64,000 bases of DNA from Amoebidium appalachense (Eukaryota > Protista > Ichthyosporea). The position numbers were made by a program, and so were the translations under genes. The notes under the pieces were generated by a model. That model saw only the letters and a program-made list of their open reading frames with translations, was not told the origin of the DNA and searched no databases. Of the stretch, positions 32,853-46,508 are shown in pieces. How positions within the stretch are numbered: position 1 is the stretch's first letter; the number at the start of each line of letters is the position of its first letter. Location of the stretch: assembly GCA_963693365.1 (NCBI GenBank), contig CAVNZM010000007.1, forward strand, positions 6,879,962 to 6,943,961. The letters run 5' to 3'.

Positions 32853-33639
32853 ATGTACGCCTACCAGCAACAGCAGCAGCCCCAGCAGGCTGCGTACACC
32901 TACCAACAACAACAGCCTCAATACGTCGAACAACACATGCAACCTCAAATGCAGCAATTTCAACCCCAAATGCAACCCCAAATGCAACCCCAAATGCAAT
33001 ATCAACCCCAAATTCAGCCCCAAATGCAACAAATGCAGCCCCAGATGCAGCTGCAACAGCAGCAATACGTCATGCAACAGCAACCAATGCAATACAACAC
33101 AAACCTTCCGCAGCAATACGTTCTCGCACAGCCCCAGTCCACGACCCAATACATGAACAGCCCCCCTCCCCAACCCAATTTTCAGCCACAGTTTCTCTCT
33201 TCCCCCCAACCCCAAATGATGCCCATGCAGCCGCAATTTGTTGTTGCTGCCCCCCAGACTCAGCCAAACATCATTTTGAACGTCACTGCCTCTCAGCCCC
33301 AACCCTCACCGCCCGTGTATCAGCCCGCACCCATTCCTGTGCCGTCCAGCCCTCCCCCCGTCGAATAATATGTATGCGCCGTCGGCACCCCCTGCAGCAC
33401 CCATGGCCCAGGTAGGTACACAAACAGCTTACTTATACCGTTACCGGTACTTATCATCATGGCGTCTAAGATGTAGGTGGGTGGGTAGGTGGGTGTACAT
33501 GTGTGTGGTTGGGTGGGTTGGGTTCCCGGGGGGGGAGGGGGGTGGGGGGGGGAGGGGGGGTTTTAAGAAGGAGGGGGAGGGGGGGGGGGGGGGGGGGATG
33601 AGTGGGTGGGTTTGTGTGTGGGTGCGCGTGTGAATGCGC

Positions 33640-33679
<40 letters not shown>

Positions 33680-34116
33680 ATTTAATCCGAATGGAACCCA
33701 GGAAAGGACGCGCAAAACTGCCACAGTAGCAAGGCATACATACAAATGTACACGCCCGCAGCCCAGAACGTTAATGATGCACAACTGCAACATCATTCAT
33801 TCAGCACATATCCATATTGTTCGGTGTGTGATAGCCTCACACGACAGTCACTGTCACAAAAAACTGCAAAATGCACGCCAGATTCGGACATACTCGCATC
33901 TAATTGGATGTAAACCGCATACACTGCCATGCACATGGTATATTGAGGGGGGGGGGGGAAGGGTAAAAGAATATTTCAATCCCTCTACCCCCCCCCCCCC
34001 CCCCCCCCCCCCCCCCACTCCTTCCCGGGTGCACGTAACACATAAAAAAGAAGGAAATCGTTGACCCCCCCCCCCCCCCCCCCCCCCCCCCCACCACCAC
34101 CACCACCACCACCACC

Positions 34117-34159
<43 letters not shown>

Positions 34160-34575
34160 GCACCACCACCGACATTGCTGCATACACATGGTACTATATA
34201 CGACATGATTTTTTACATAGGCTAAGCCGAATCTTAAGGCAGATCATTAACACACCTTTCATCTATGCAAATACCCCTACAGAAATACTCTTTCGTGACT
34301 TTTCATCACCATAGCTAACACGTCCTCCCATTACACAGCAGATGCCCCCATCACCCCGTCCACCCCAACCCCTCAGTGCTGTGAGCAACTTTGCCCCCTC
34401 CAGCCCCCCCACCATCAAACTCAATCTCAACGCCACTGCCACCCCCTTTGGTGCCCCAAAGCAAAACGCTGCCCCAGCCAGTCCTCCCCTCATGCGTCTG
34501 CAGGTGTGTGGCATGTTTTACCTCCGTACCCCTCCCCCCCCCCTCCCCCCTCCCCGGCCCCCTCCCCCTCCCCCC

Positions 34576-34610
<35 letters not shown>

Positions 34611-34686
34611 ACCCCCTATCCCACCTCACCCCTCCCCTCCCCGCTTGTTGAAGCCCCCCTTTCCCCCTTCCCAATCCCCCCTCACT

Positions 34687-34717
<31 letters not shown>

Positions 34718-35314
34718 AGAAAAAAAAAGAATAAAGACAAAAAACCCTCTCCATGCTCACCCACCACCCAACAAGCACCCGAATCTAGATTCTTTCCTGG
34801 TCCTCCCGCTTGCCTCTTCCCCCCCGCCCCCCCCCCCTCCCCCCTTCCCCTCTGCCTCTCAACTCCCAAGCCTGCCCGCCTTCCCCCCCCCCCCCGGCCC
34901 CCCCCCCCCCCCCCCCCCCCCCAACTCACCCACCCACCCACCCCATCCATTTTTCTTCTGGTCTAACAAATATTCAAATCTCTTCACAGGGAACTGCACC
35001 AACCAATGGGGCGGGCTCACTGGTTACCAAAAATAGTAATCCCCCCTCACCTTCACCTGCCCCTGCCGTGGTGGTGTCACCCAAACCCCCTGCCCGCCAG
35101 CCCTCCGACCCCACGAAGATGGATTTGAGCTTCCGTATTGAGCAGGTGGAATATCCCTCCCCTCCCCCCCCCCCCCCCCCCCCCCCCCCGGCGCTCTCCC
35201 AAGACATTTACACACTCACATATGCACACAGACACACACACACCTGCAAATACACGCACAAACACATACATACACCTCCACATATGCACACACCCATGCG
35301 TGAGCATGTGCGCC

Positions 35315-35352
<38 letters not shown>

Positions 35353-35898
35353 CCCCGTCCCCTCGGATTCGCAACAGTCTCTCTGGTTATCTAGACAGTC
35401 CTCTCACATCCTCTTACCTCCTCCCTCTCCCCACTCCCCCCCCCCCCCCCCCCTCTCCCCCCCTCCCCCTCTCCCCTCTTCCCCCTCTTCCCTCCCCCCC
35501 CCTCTTCCTCTTCATCTTTATCAGTGAGCTATACCGACTTTTTGCGCCGAATTTTTCTTTTTTTTACCCACGTTAGTGTCAACCAACCGGAGTATATCGA
35601 TTTTCTAATAATAACAATCCTAAATTCCTCAGGGCGACACCAAAAACCCCAGCGGCAGCGTTCTAGCGCGGATCAACGCGCTCCGCATCGCGCACCCGCG
35701 CCCGGACGATGCGAAAGTAGCTGCGGAATACAAAAAGGCGGTGGGGAGTCTGGAAGAGGTACAAGAGGCACTGCAGAAAAAACACAAGGAGGAGTGCAAA
35801 TTGTTGGTCAAACGGGTCACTAAGGGGGATTTTGCCGCACTCAACGAGTACAAGGCACTGCTTGAAAAAGCATACCAGGTACGTGCCCGCTTTTTCAG

Positions 35899-35941
<43 letters not shown>

Positions 35942-36866
35942 TTCCCCTCCCCTCTCTTCCTCTCTCTCTCTCTTTTTTTTTTTTTTTTTTTTTTTCCTTT
36001 TCTTTCTTTTTTTTCGCTTTTCTTTTCCTTCTGGGGGAAGGGAGGGGGGGAGGTGTTGTCAGGGGGAAGGGGAGGAGGATGAAGGCCCCCACTTCCTCTC
36101 ATCCTAAAAGTTCCTTTTTATCTATGGGTGGTTTCTTAGCCCCTTGTACTATGTAACCTCCCCCCCTCCCCCCTCCCCCTCCCCGTTCCCCCTTTCCCGT
36201 CAACCGCCCCTTTCTCCTCGGGGTCTTCTAACTCCGACGGGATCCTCTCAGGCAATGCCTAGAGTCTGATTCTCTTGTCGATATTGCCTCCCTACACTCC
36301 TTCACCTCCCCCCATCCCTCCCTACCAGCTCCACATTTGCATATGTTAGGAACTACAGAGCCATTGTGCACAGTGTCACCACACACACACATGCGCGTAT
36401 GCGCCCACCCATACACACACACACGCACACACACGTGGGCGCATGCGCCCGTGCACGTGATTATAAATACCCAACCTAAACCTCCCAACGCAGCACCACA
36501 CCAACACACCCACCCTACCTCCAACACCCAATCACATCTTCCTATCCCAACGCCACACATTCCACACATACCATCCAACCAACCCACCGATCAAAATCAC
36601 CCCAACAGGGCAAACTCCGTGCCGAAATGGTCGTGTACAAAGAATGGCAGGACACAGAGTTTGACCTCTTCCAACGGTACATGGAAAAGGAATTGGGTCG
36701 GGTCGGAAAGACCGGGTTGATGGGTGGAAAGGCCCGACCCGGTGAGGTTGAAGAGACAGCCAAGAGATTGGAGGAAGAGAGGATAGAAATGGAGGCAAAG
36801 CAGCAGAGAATGCTCCGGTTTTTTGTTGACCAGAGCGAGAGGCTGATAAGGGAGGCGCGCCAGTAG
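32853..36866 (+). CDS. Gln/Pro-rich protein with an alpha-helical C-terminal domain, function unknown; exons 32853-33411, 34342-34503, 34990-35145, 35633-35878, 36609-36866
   Basis: MQPQ repeats, then four further exons joined by phase-0 GT-AG introns, ending in a charged helical region ([13 protein letters not shown]...[31 protein letters not shown]). One C must be removed from the C6 run at 33354-33359. Confidence 0.8.
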
Positions 36867-37050
36867 GTGTATAAGGGCGGGGCACCATTAAAGCTCGTAA
36901 GATTCACCAGTGTTCGTGGTTTTTTCTTTTTTGTTTTTGCTTTTTCCTTTCCGGTTCCACCAACCACACAGCAAGCAGTATACGTAATGTATAGGGATGG
37001 TGCATCGGTAGTTAATGATATAGTTCCAACTGTCTGACCCGTTTATTTTC

Positions 37051-37082
<32 letters not shown>

Positions 37083-37202
37083 CTCCCCAAAGTGGTTAGT
37101 TGTCCTAAAAATAGCACCCCAGGCAGAATGAAATGGATGTAGTTGCTGCTTGGGAGATTTTTGTTGTGCTGCTCAGATGGCTGTTTAGACATGATAGCAT
37201 GC

Positions 37203-37275
<73 letters not shown>

Positions 37276-37386
37276 GCGTGTGTGTGTGTGTGCGTGCGCG
37301 TGTGTGTGCGCTTGCAAGCAAGTTGTGTGTTTTGGGCGAAAGGTGGGGGGGGGGGGGGGGGGGGGGGGGGGGAGATGTGGGTTGAT

Positions 37387-37417
<31 letters not shown>

Positions 37418-37669
37418 TAACGTTTCAACGAGAAGTGGCGGTTTTGCAGTCGGGCGCTTCTCAATATACGTAAGTTAAGAATCAGAAAACGTTTTCTGTC
37501 CGTGATCCATTTCCCTTAATTTTGATTCGAATCCAAAAAGGAGAAAGAAAAAACCGTTCATGGAATATAATTTACGCGGATGTAGGCTGTATGACCGAAC
37601 ATGAAGCTGTTGAAGTGGGGAGATCCTTTGAACCATTTCAGAAATTTTCGAGAATTGTTTACGGTGGGA

Positions 37670-37745
37670 AGGGTGTCTGATGGGAAGAGCGTTTGATTGG
37701 TAGAATTCAAAGCACGTTAGCTTGCAATTGCGAGTCCTCCTTTTC
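37670..37745 (+). other. Degenerate tRNA-like (SINE-head-like) sequence
   Basis: D-arm-like GTCTGATGGGAAGAGC, a TTTGA/TCAAA stem and T-arm-like GCGAGTCC. No intact acceptor stem. Confidence 0.3.
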
Positions 37746-38432
37746 AATCCTTTTCAAGAACAATACTTGTGTTGTCCTATTTTTAAAATTTTCCTCCCAA
37801 AATAAAACCAACAAAATAATAACAAGTAGTCGATATCGAGGCTCCCTCCCCCCTCCCCCCTATTTTTTCAGCCCTGGGCATTTATCCATAAAATTTTTGT
37901 GTGTCATGCGGGGTCGTTCTACCGGGCACTGTGGCAGTGTGTACAATCCAAAAAAAAACAAAAAAAACAAGTTGAGGTTTAAATTCTTAAGTTATGGCTT
38001 AGAACCCCCCCCCCCCCCCTCCCCCCCATCCCCCCCCAAAACCCCCAGCCCCCCTCTTCTACCCCCTTCTTTCTCTCCACACCCGGGGCTTCCCCCCAGC
38101 CTCCATCTTGACTCAACCAGCATCTTTTTAACTATCGATTCTGAAGGTCGTAAAAAAAAAGAAGGAGAGGGGGGAAGCTCCGGATAGTGGGTGAACTCAC
38201 CAACCTGCGCCCTATGGTATCGTAATGGAAAGTTCTTTGTCAAAATTTAAGTTTTCAATCATTTTAATTTAAAAGTAAATCCTTTTAGGGGACTTCCCCG
38301 CTCAATCAACCACTGTCCAGTCCAGCTGGCTCGGGGTTTAAATATGAATAGGGTCATGTGAAATTGTTGTGCATATGTTGTGTGTAGTACACATCTACGC
38401 GGACGTGGTGTGTCTGTGTGTGCGTGTGTGTG

Positions 38433-38565
<133 letters not shown>

Positions 38566-38836
38566 GAACGTGTGCGTGTGTGTGTGTGTGTGTGCGTGTG
38601 CGTGTGTGTGAGCGCGCGCACGTCCGCATGCGCGCATCCGTGTGTGTGTATAAGTGTGTGCACGGGATACCATGCATTTGTCGGAGTCATGTTTTACCCT
38701 CCATTTCTCCTCCACACGTTCTCAATCTATGATTAATAACGGAGCAAACTCACAATCATACAATCTACAGTATGCTACAGCGACTACAAAACGTTTTGAC
38801 TGTAAAATTCATATTCAGATTCAGAACCGGCCCCAA

Positions 38837-40347
38837 CTAATCCAACGACATCTCATTAGGCAGTAGCTGCAAGAAATCCATCTGTGACCCCACCATCATA
38901 AGTTCATCATTCATAGCCACACTATGCCCACCAACCATTGCCCCCCCGGCCGCCGCCGGTACCGTGTTATATCCTATCCGGCTCTCTGGTCGGTTCGTAA
39001 CAGATTGCGACCGCCGGTTTCTCCGTTTAATCGCCGTATTTCCGATTAGTGAAAGTGGTCTCTGCTTTTTGTGTACTTTCATGTACAACCCGCACGGATT
39101 GCACACGAAGTTTCCATCTTCCAATTTACGCCATAGAGTTGTGGTTTTTGTGCCACAATGGCTACACACAGTGACCAAATCCGCGCCCTGTACCCCCCCC
39201 CCGGCCCGTGTCCTGGTTCGGTTTGTGCGGAGGTTGCGGATGATTGGTTCATTTCTGATTGGCTAAATGCACTCAATAGGAGTTGAAGGTCTTCGTGCGC
39301 AGACGCCATCAATTGTTGTGCGACGGTGGGCGACTCTACGTCTGTTCCGGAGAGAGAGTGCTCACGCACAAAATCGAGACTGTTGGGAAGAAGCGAAAGG
39401 TCGATAAGCATACCGATTGAGTCTTGACTGACTGAAAAAGGCGTGCTGTCAGCTGAATGTCGAAACGAAGACAAGGAGGGTAGACGCATGTCGCTCATTT
39501 CTGCATGAGTGTGTAGGGAAGAGCGCGATGGCGGGCTGCGTGGTTGTGGCGGGGGAGGGAGGGGGGCAATCGGTGTGGGTGTGCTAGAGCGTCGTTGTAG
39601 GGGGAATGCTGACACGTAGGGTGTGTGTCCTGGGACCTTGCTTGGAAATCGGGGGACCCGAATCATCCCGCCCCCTGTGTTCGGGCAGGAGAAATATGCA
39701 TTGTTCGTTTGTGTGTTGTTGCTGGTGAACTGATAGAGTTCGTACGTAAACTTGCTGGAGTGCAGGGGAAATCTCTCCCAATCATCCCCTCTTGCGACAA
39801 CTTGCTCTCTTGATTTGGCGTAAGGGTGGCCCGTCAACTCCACCTGAGGGAAAAACGTGTTGCCTGAAATGTTGCCTGAAGGAACGCTGTATGGGTGTGC
39901 AAAATCCGTGTTCCGTGATGAGGCCAAGACGTTGTCAGAAGAAACGGAAAGGTGGCGTTGTCTTTGCTGTTGTGGCATGTTCATGTCTCGTTGTGTTTGT
40001 GGGAACACAGAATCCAGTTTTACGTCTGCCAGAGCCAAGCCAAGATTCAGGCTCGAACGCGAGCCATGCAAGCCGTGGGCTGGCCTTGGAAGGTTCGGAG
40101 GGGAGAAAAGGCCTTGACATTGTGATGGCTGTGTGGGCTCTAGAGGGGAGCTATAGCGACGTTGGATTCTGTTGTGTATATGCACCCCCTTTGAAGCATG
40201 TGGGCTGTTGTTGCTGCCCACCGCAGACATGCCCGGCCGCATGTCCTGCGGCCGAGGTGAGATAATATTAAAATCATTTCTGCGTGTGTTTTCGGGGCTG
40301 AACGCGGAGGAAAGCTGCGGAAAAACAATTCTTGGAAATTCTGACAT
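38837..40347 (-). CDS. GATA-type zinc-finger transcription factor (single C-X2-C-X18-C-X2-C finger), split by a frameshift or intron near 39195
   Basis: CSHCGTKTTTLWRKLEDGNFVCNPCGLYMKVHKKQRPLSL...IKRRNR lies in ORF 38837-39178. The S/P/Q-rich N-terminal ORF 39079-40347 overlaps it in another frame across a G10 run. The start codon is uncertain. Confidence 0.88.
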
Positions 40348-42355
40348 ACTTACATGACGGGTGAGTTGGGATTCTGTGTTGTTGTTTAGGAGCTAAACGT
40401 TCTTTGGTGTGTGTACAAGTGGTGTGTTTGGCTCGCGGGGCGGCATTTTTGGGAGCCTGGCTTACAGAGGAGGGCAAACAAAACCTGAACCGGGTAGAGA
40501 AAAAAAGCCAAATTCGGTCTAAAGTGAACGCGTCGGTATGATCAGCTAAAGAAACTGCATGGTAATATGCTGGTATTTTTATGCAATTAATAAACTTTTC
40601 TAACTATACTATACCAGAATGCTGTGCAGTAAATAATAACTTTTGGCGGAGAGTGCTTTATGTTGGCCTCTCGATTGTATATGCCTGATAATCGTGATAT
40701 TTGCCCCCTCCGAGAATAATCGGCAGGCCGGAGTTGGCGAGAAGCTAGATCCACATTCCGAAGTTCGAGCCTAAATGTTGGCGTACATAAAACTGTTAAA
40801 ACATATTTATGCCTCTGTCCAGATGTATTGGTTGATGTACTAACATTGGAATCTATATAAATTATATACTGCAAACATATGATTATTCAGTTGAACTCTA
40901 TTTGGTTCTGCGGGTCAACGGCTCAACGCCGCGTCGCCAGGCCCCGGGATCTTAGGAATGCGTCATTCATGAGGCTCACGCCATTTGATTGGCTGTTAAT
41001 ATGAAAAGGTTGAGGGAATTGGCCCAGGTCAGATCTGCCAATCGATACTTCAGTGTAAGCCAATTGGCTTACAGGTTCGAAGGTGTTACTCTGGAATCCA
41101 AGCCGCTGTGTACACCTTAGCGGGCGGCTTATGACTCACATGAACACACACACAGTTTGGCATTCTAGGTCTCATACAAGTCTCCTTTTATTATTCACAA
41201 TGAAATTATATTTGCGTCTTTGGGAATGAGCTTGACAGACAGTATATATATGTGCCTTGATATACGATAATATCCAACCATAACATGTACAACGCATACA
41301 GCAGTATGTACATTGCACCTGACGAAGTCAGAGGTCCCGAAGATGATGCATACCTGCTGTGGCTTCGAGCATTGTCCTTGCCCATGCTTGTTGTTGAGTC
41401 AATGGGATTCATTTCATGATCAGCCAAACGCGACCCACCTCACGCACCGGCTATCGGCAGCACTTTTTGGTAACAAACACCATCAGGATCACCCATGCAT
41501 ATGCGCCTGTGTGCAAACGTGCACAGATCTGCCTGTGCACTTGCCAGGCAACCACCACTGGTTGGGTCTGCACATGGCTTTCTGTTGTCACACAACTGGA
41601 AGTGATTCGGCGACGCACCCATGGCAGTCACCTATACATGCCATGATCAGTGACACTGCGTTTGGCAGGATCATGAAAAATGGATCGAGGCGGCAGCGAG
41701 AAAAACGAGGTTTCTATTCTTCTCACCAATGTCTAGCATTAAATAATGTTTGAGTCAAGCCAGCAGGAATCTTCTCCTTGTGCTGACGTTACGGTCCAGC
41801 TTAGGCCACCAGCGGATGGGTCCTGGCCGCAGCCTTTAGGGCGTCGAACTTCCGACAACACCACAGTGGCCAAACGCGATTCGATAGATCAAGCCAGAGC
41901 CTGATTGGTGTATCTATGTGGTCCCATTATATTGGTTCAATACTCCCCAATCACCTTCTAGGTAGTCGTTGATTGGCTTTGTGCTCAGATTGTGATCTCA
42001 GGGAATTCCTCAGTAGTCATGAAAGGCCCTTGCAATTGCCCAACACAACCCGCAATCTAGCTTGTATTTCTAGGGCCATCAGTTCACACTTCTAAACATT
42101 CTAGAACAGATGCAAAGCTCGCCGCCAGTTCAATCGCCATTACTTGCTCATACATAGTCGGATGCCTCTATGCAACTGTAGTAGGGCCATAGCCACGTGC
42201 ACATGTAGGTAGGGTGCACGTGCACGACAACTTTATTGCGGCACGCAAGTGCATGTACATGTGTGGAGTGCCAGGCTGCAGTGTACGCCGGATCCGGGAT
42301 TGTGAGGTTTCTTCGGAAACGTGGGGGCGAGGAATTGGCGGCGGCGGCCCAACAA

Positions 42356-42408
<53 letters not shown>

Positions 42409-45400
42409 GGGCTAGCCATGGGGTAAAGCGCGGGAGTGGAGGTATCATCATGAACTCAGGGGTGCGGGTGGGGAGGCCTCGAGGAGGAGGGGAGGGGAGG
42501 GGGGGGAGGGGGGGGAGAGGAGTTGCTACCAGCACCTCCAGTTATGACATGTTGGCCGGGGTATCACGAGGGGGTGATCAGAGGAGGCAGAGGAGGTGTC
42601 AGGGCATCTCACTCATCATGTCAAGCAATACCAGACCCATGGATCCGAAGGACCGCCGCTATCTATAGATAGTTATGTACACGCACACGCACACACACGC
42701 ACACACACACGCACACGCATATACACGCACGCACACGCGCACAAACACACACACACGCACACAAACACACACACACACACACACACATGTACGCACACAC
42801 ACACGCACGCACACACACGCACACACGCACGCACACACGCACACACACACACACACATACAGTGTCAATACACACGCACACACACGCGCGCACACGTGCA
42901 CACAAACACACGCATATACACAAACACACACAAACACCAACACTTACTCTGTCGGGCACAGATACAATGTCACACAAAAAACACACACACTCGCGAGTAC
43001 ACAAACACATGCACACAGTGGGCAGGATAATGTTGAGAGTTTTGCCGGTGAGTGCTGATCGGAAAAACGGTATAGTTAATATTAGGATGTTGAATGATCG
43101 TGATGGACGTAAATGTAGCTTAGCTGAGCACATAGATAGCACCCTAACAACTAGTGTACTGTCGGTGCTATGTGTTCGACGGTAGTTCCCTCGAGGGCCT
43201 GCAAGGGTCTCCGGGAACAAAATGTGATCATTGAATAAAAAAGTAGGAAGTTGGAGGTCACAGTGGGGTGGGAGGGAGAATAGGGAGGCCTGATGTGAGA
43301 TGATGCAGGAAGCAGGCTGGAGGGGGGGGGGAGGGGGGGGGGGGGGGGGGAGGAGGGGGGAGGGGGTGGAGGTGGTTGGCCATCCCGAGAATGGGGTGAA
43401 AAGGGTAGCGCCTGGGGGTGGCAGGGGGGGGGGGGGGGGGGGGGGGGGAGGGGAGGAAGGGGGGGGGGGGGGGGGGTTAGGATTCTTGATTTTGAAACGG
43501 GTAGGAGGGCAGCAATAACTTTGGGGGGGACGAGGAGGGGAGGAGAGGGGGAGGAGGGGGGCTAGCAGAAATTTGTGGGTGGAGGGGGGGGGGGGGGGGG
43601 GGGTTGGGGGGTGGGGGGGGGGGGGGGGGGGGGGACTGGAGGGGGGCTGAGTGGGTGCCCCCCTTCCCCGCCCTTCCCCCCCCCCCTTCCCCCCTTCCTC
43701 TCTTGGGAGAGACCCCATGGCGGGAGAGGGGAACCCAATTTATTTTGAAATTGCCCCACAGGTTGCCGTGACTATATCAGTACATCTCGAGTTTATTTAC
43801 AGTAAGTATGATTTACAATATATTAGCAACGGTTTGCATGCATTCGCAAATATAAACGTATGAGAAAGTATTGATAGGAGTCCTCGACTCCTTGATCACC
43901 TGAAATCAGGCTACCCTTTCGGTCATGCTCGAGTCCCCCTCCCTCGGAGTCCCCCCCCCCCCCCCCTCCTTCCCCCCCCCCCCCCCCTTCTCCCTCCCCC
44001 CCCCCCCCCCCCCCTCCTTTCCCCCCTTCCCCCCTCCCCCCCCCCCCCCCCCCCCCTCTCCACCCCCACTTTTTTATCACCAGAGGCTCCATTTGCAGGC
44101 CTCGTCTCCAGTCCTTTCACAGCGCGCGCACACACACGTATGCACATGCATTCACACGTACCTACAAACACACGTACCCGGTGACACGCAAACGAGATGC
44201 ACCCGATATCAACATGCAGATACATTCACCCACACCACCCACACATACATTCCCCACTACACAGGCACGTACACAAACACTGCACGGTGGGCACGATAAC
44301 CTGGCCCCTTTTATTAGTTGACCATAACGAATACAGCCTAGGTTGGGAGGGAGGCTGGGGCAAACAAAAATGGGCCGTGTGTGTACTAGTAGTTAGGATC
44401 GGACTTTGAGAAGGCATCTTACCTTAGCTGAATGCACCATTAGCACCTTACTTAGAAAGAGGAGTGGTTAGTGATGGTTTGTTTTAGGGGGGGGTGGGGG
44501 CAGGGAGGGGGGGGGGGATGGGGGGAGGGAGGGGGGGGGGGGGGAAGGGGGGAGGGGGGGAGGGGGGGGGGGGGGAGAGGGGGAGGGGGGAGAGGGCTGC
44601 CCGCGCGGCGCGCGCAGGGGGGCTCACCGACCGCTGCCGTGTTTAAACTAGGGTAGAGTCACGGTGCAGAGTAAAAGACGGTAGTTTCCATGAGGGCCCC
44701 TGTGGGGCCCCCGGGAACAAAACGGGATAAAAAAAAACAAAAAAAACCATATTGATGTTTGGAAAAGAGATGTTTGGCCGTCAGGCCCACACGCAGGGGG
44801 CCCGAGGGAGGGAGGGGACGGGACGGGGGGCGGGGGGGGCAAGCAGAGGGGGGGACCCACCCACCCGGTGTGGCTCTTTTGGGGAGGGGGGTTTGGGGGG
44901 AGGAGACGGGGGGAGAATCCGCCTACCCGGCCACGGACTTCAACGGTCTAGGTGGGCCCCATCCGGATCCAGGGCCCCCGCAGACCGTTAGCCATTGTTC
45001 TAACACAGTACATGCAGACATTTGTTTCTGGTGAAATGCGCCTCATACCGTTCCGAACTTCAAATTACTAAGCCTAAGGTCTCTTTTTTTGTGTGGGGGG
45101 GGGAGGGGGGAGGAGAGGGCTCCACCAAGCTCCCTCCCCAAAGTCCCCTTACCTCCACAGAAAGTTTCTGCTTACAAACCCGGTTGTGCCGTTGACAATA
45201 GCACAGAGTTTCTTACAAAGGTGGACAGACACACCACAGACCTGCCTACATCCACACCAAGTACCCCACCTGCTGATTTGGTTTTGGGTGGTGGCCTCTG
45301 GACGAGAGGTCCGGGGGAGGGGAGAGAGAGAGAGAGAATCTACAAAAACGGGCTGGGGGGAAAGGGGGGGGGGGGGGGGAGGGGGGGGAGGGGAAGGGGG

Positions 45401-46508
45401 TGAGAAGGAAACCAGGGGGGAGGAGGGTCGAATATGGAAGATCAAGGGACGGGGCTGGGGATGTCCCCCCCCCCCCCTCCCCCCCCTCCCCCCTGCCCGC
45501 CCCCCGGTACATACCTTGCTCCCATTATGAGCGTTAGACCGTGCCCGAACAAACACCTGATAATGCCCACGTTAAACTCGATGACATCCACACATATACA
45601 CCATCTGATGCGCCAACCTTGCAGATGCAAACATAACCGTTGCGGCACATGGCCGGGGAGGGGCAGGCAGGCAGTCGGGCGGACGGCTGGCGGCAGGCGG
45701 GGGGAGGTGGGAGAGGAAAATGCACATTGTGTTTCTGTGATCGGATCAAACTCGGAGGGTTTTCTTTACTAATCACTGACGACTTTAACCAGTCATGTAA
45801 TAATAGTTGCCCCAACCACTGGCAATCTTTTACACGAGTGCCGCATTGGCAACCCTCAAATTTCAGTCTTGTATATCTAAAGGCTGTCTACCGTACTCAC
45901 TGATAGCCTGGATAGACCTACCCACAGTTGATATGTCATATATCACAATAATAGTTGGATAGTACAGTAACTTAATTTGATACAACGACTATCTACAGTA
46001 ACTCTGCTGCGATCATCGGTGTTGTGACGGCCCAACCGTTATTCATGATCGTCATCAATGACATAATCAGAGATTTATATCTGAGATAACCTGATCCGTT
46101 TTTACGAAGGTGCATGCATACCACTCCCCCCCCCCTCCCCCCCCCCCCCCCCCCCCCCCCCCTCCCCCCCCCGGAATGCTTCATGCTGTAATGACGTACT
46201 GTATAATACCATTTTAAGGTGACACGTTACTAACAGGAAGAAAACGGAAGACACAACAACTCAAAAATTATGCAACATACGCACATACACTGATCAACGT
46301 TCGACGGCAAATACACCGCAGATTGGATCATCAAAAAATGCAACGGCAGCAAAACAACAAAGTGTTCATACAGCTGACATCAGACTGATATGAATAGCTT
46401 TGCCTATATAAGGTGCAAATTGGTGCTAATTAGCGCCATATATAGTAACCGTGTTGTGCTACTGTTGCCATATAAAGAGATCCTAGAAAAACACCAACAT
46501 AATAGAAA

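Noticed and set aside
39675-39745. Possible 71-nt intron in the GATA gene
   Set aside because: Removing it shifts the frame into an early stop, while the unspliced frame stays open.
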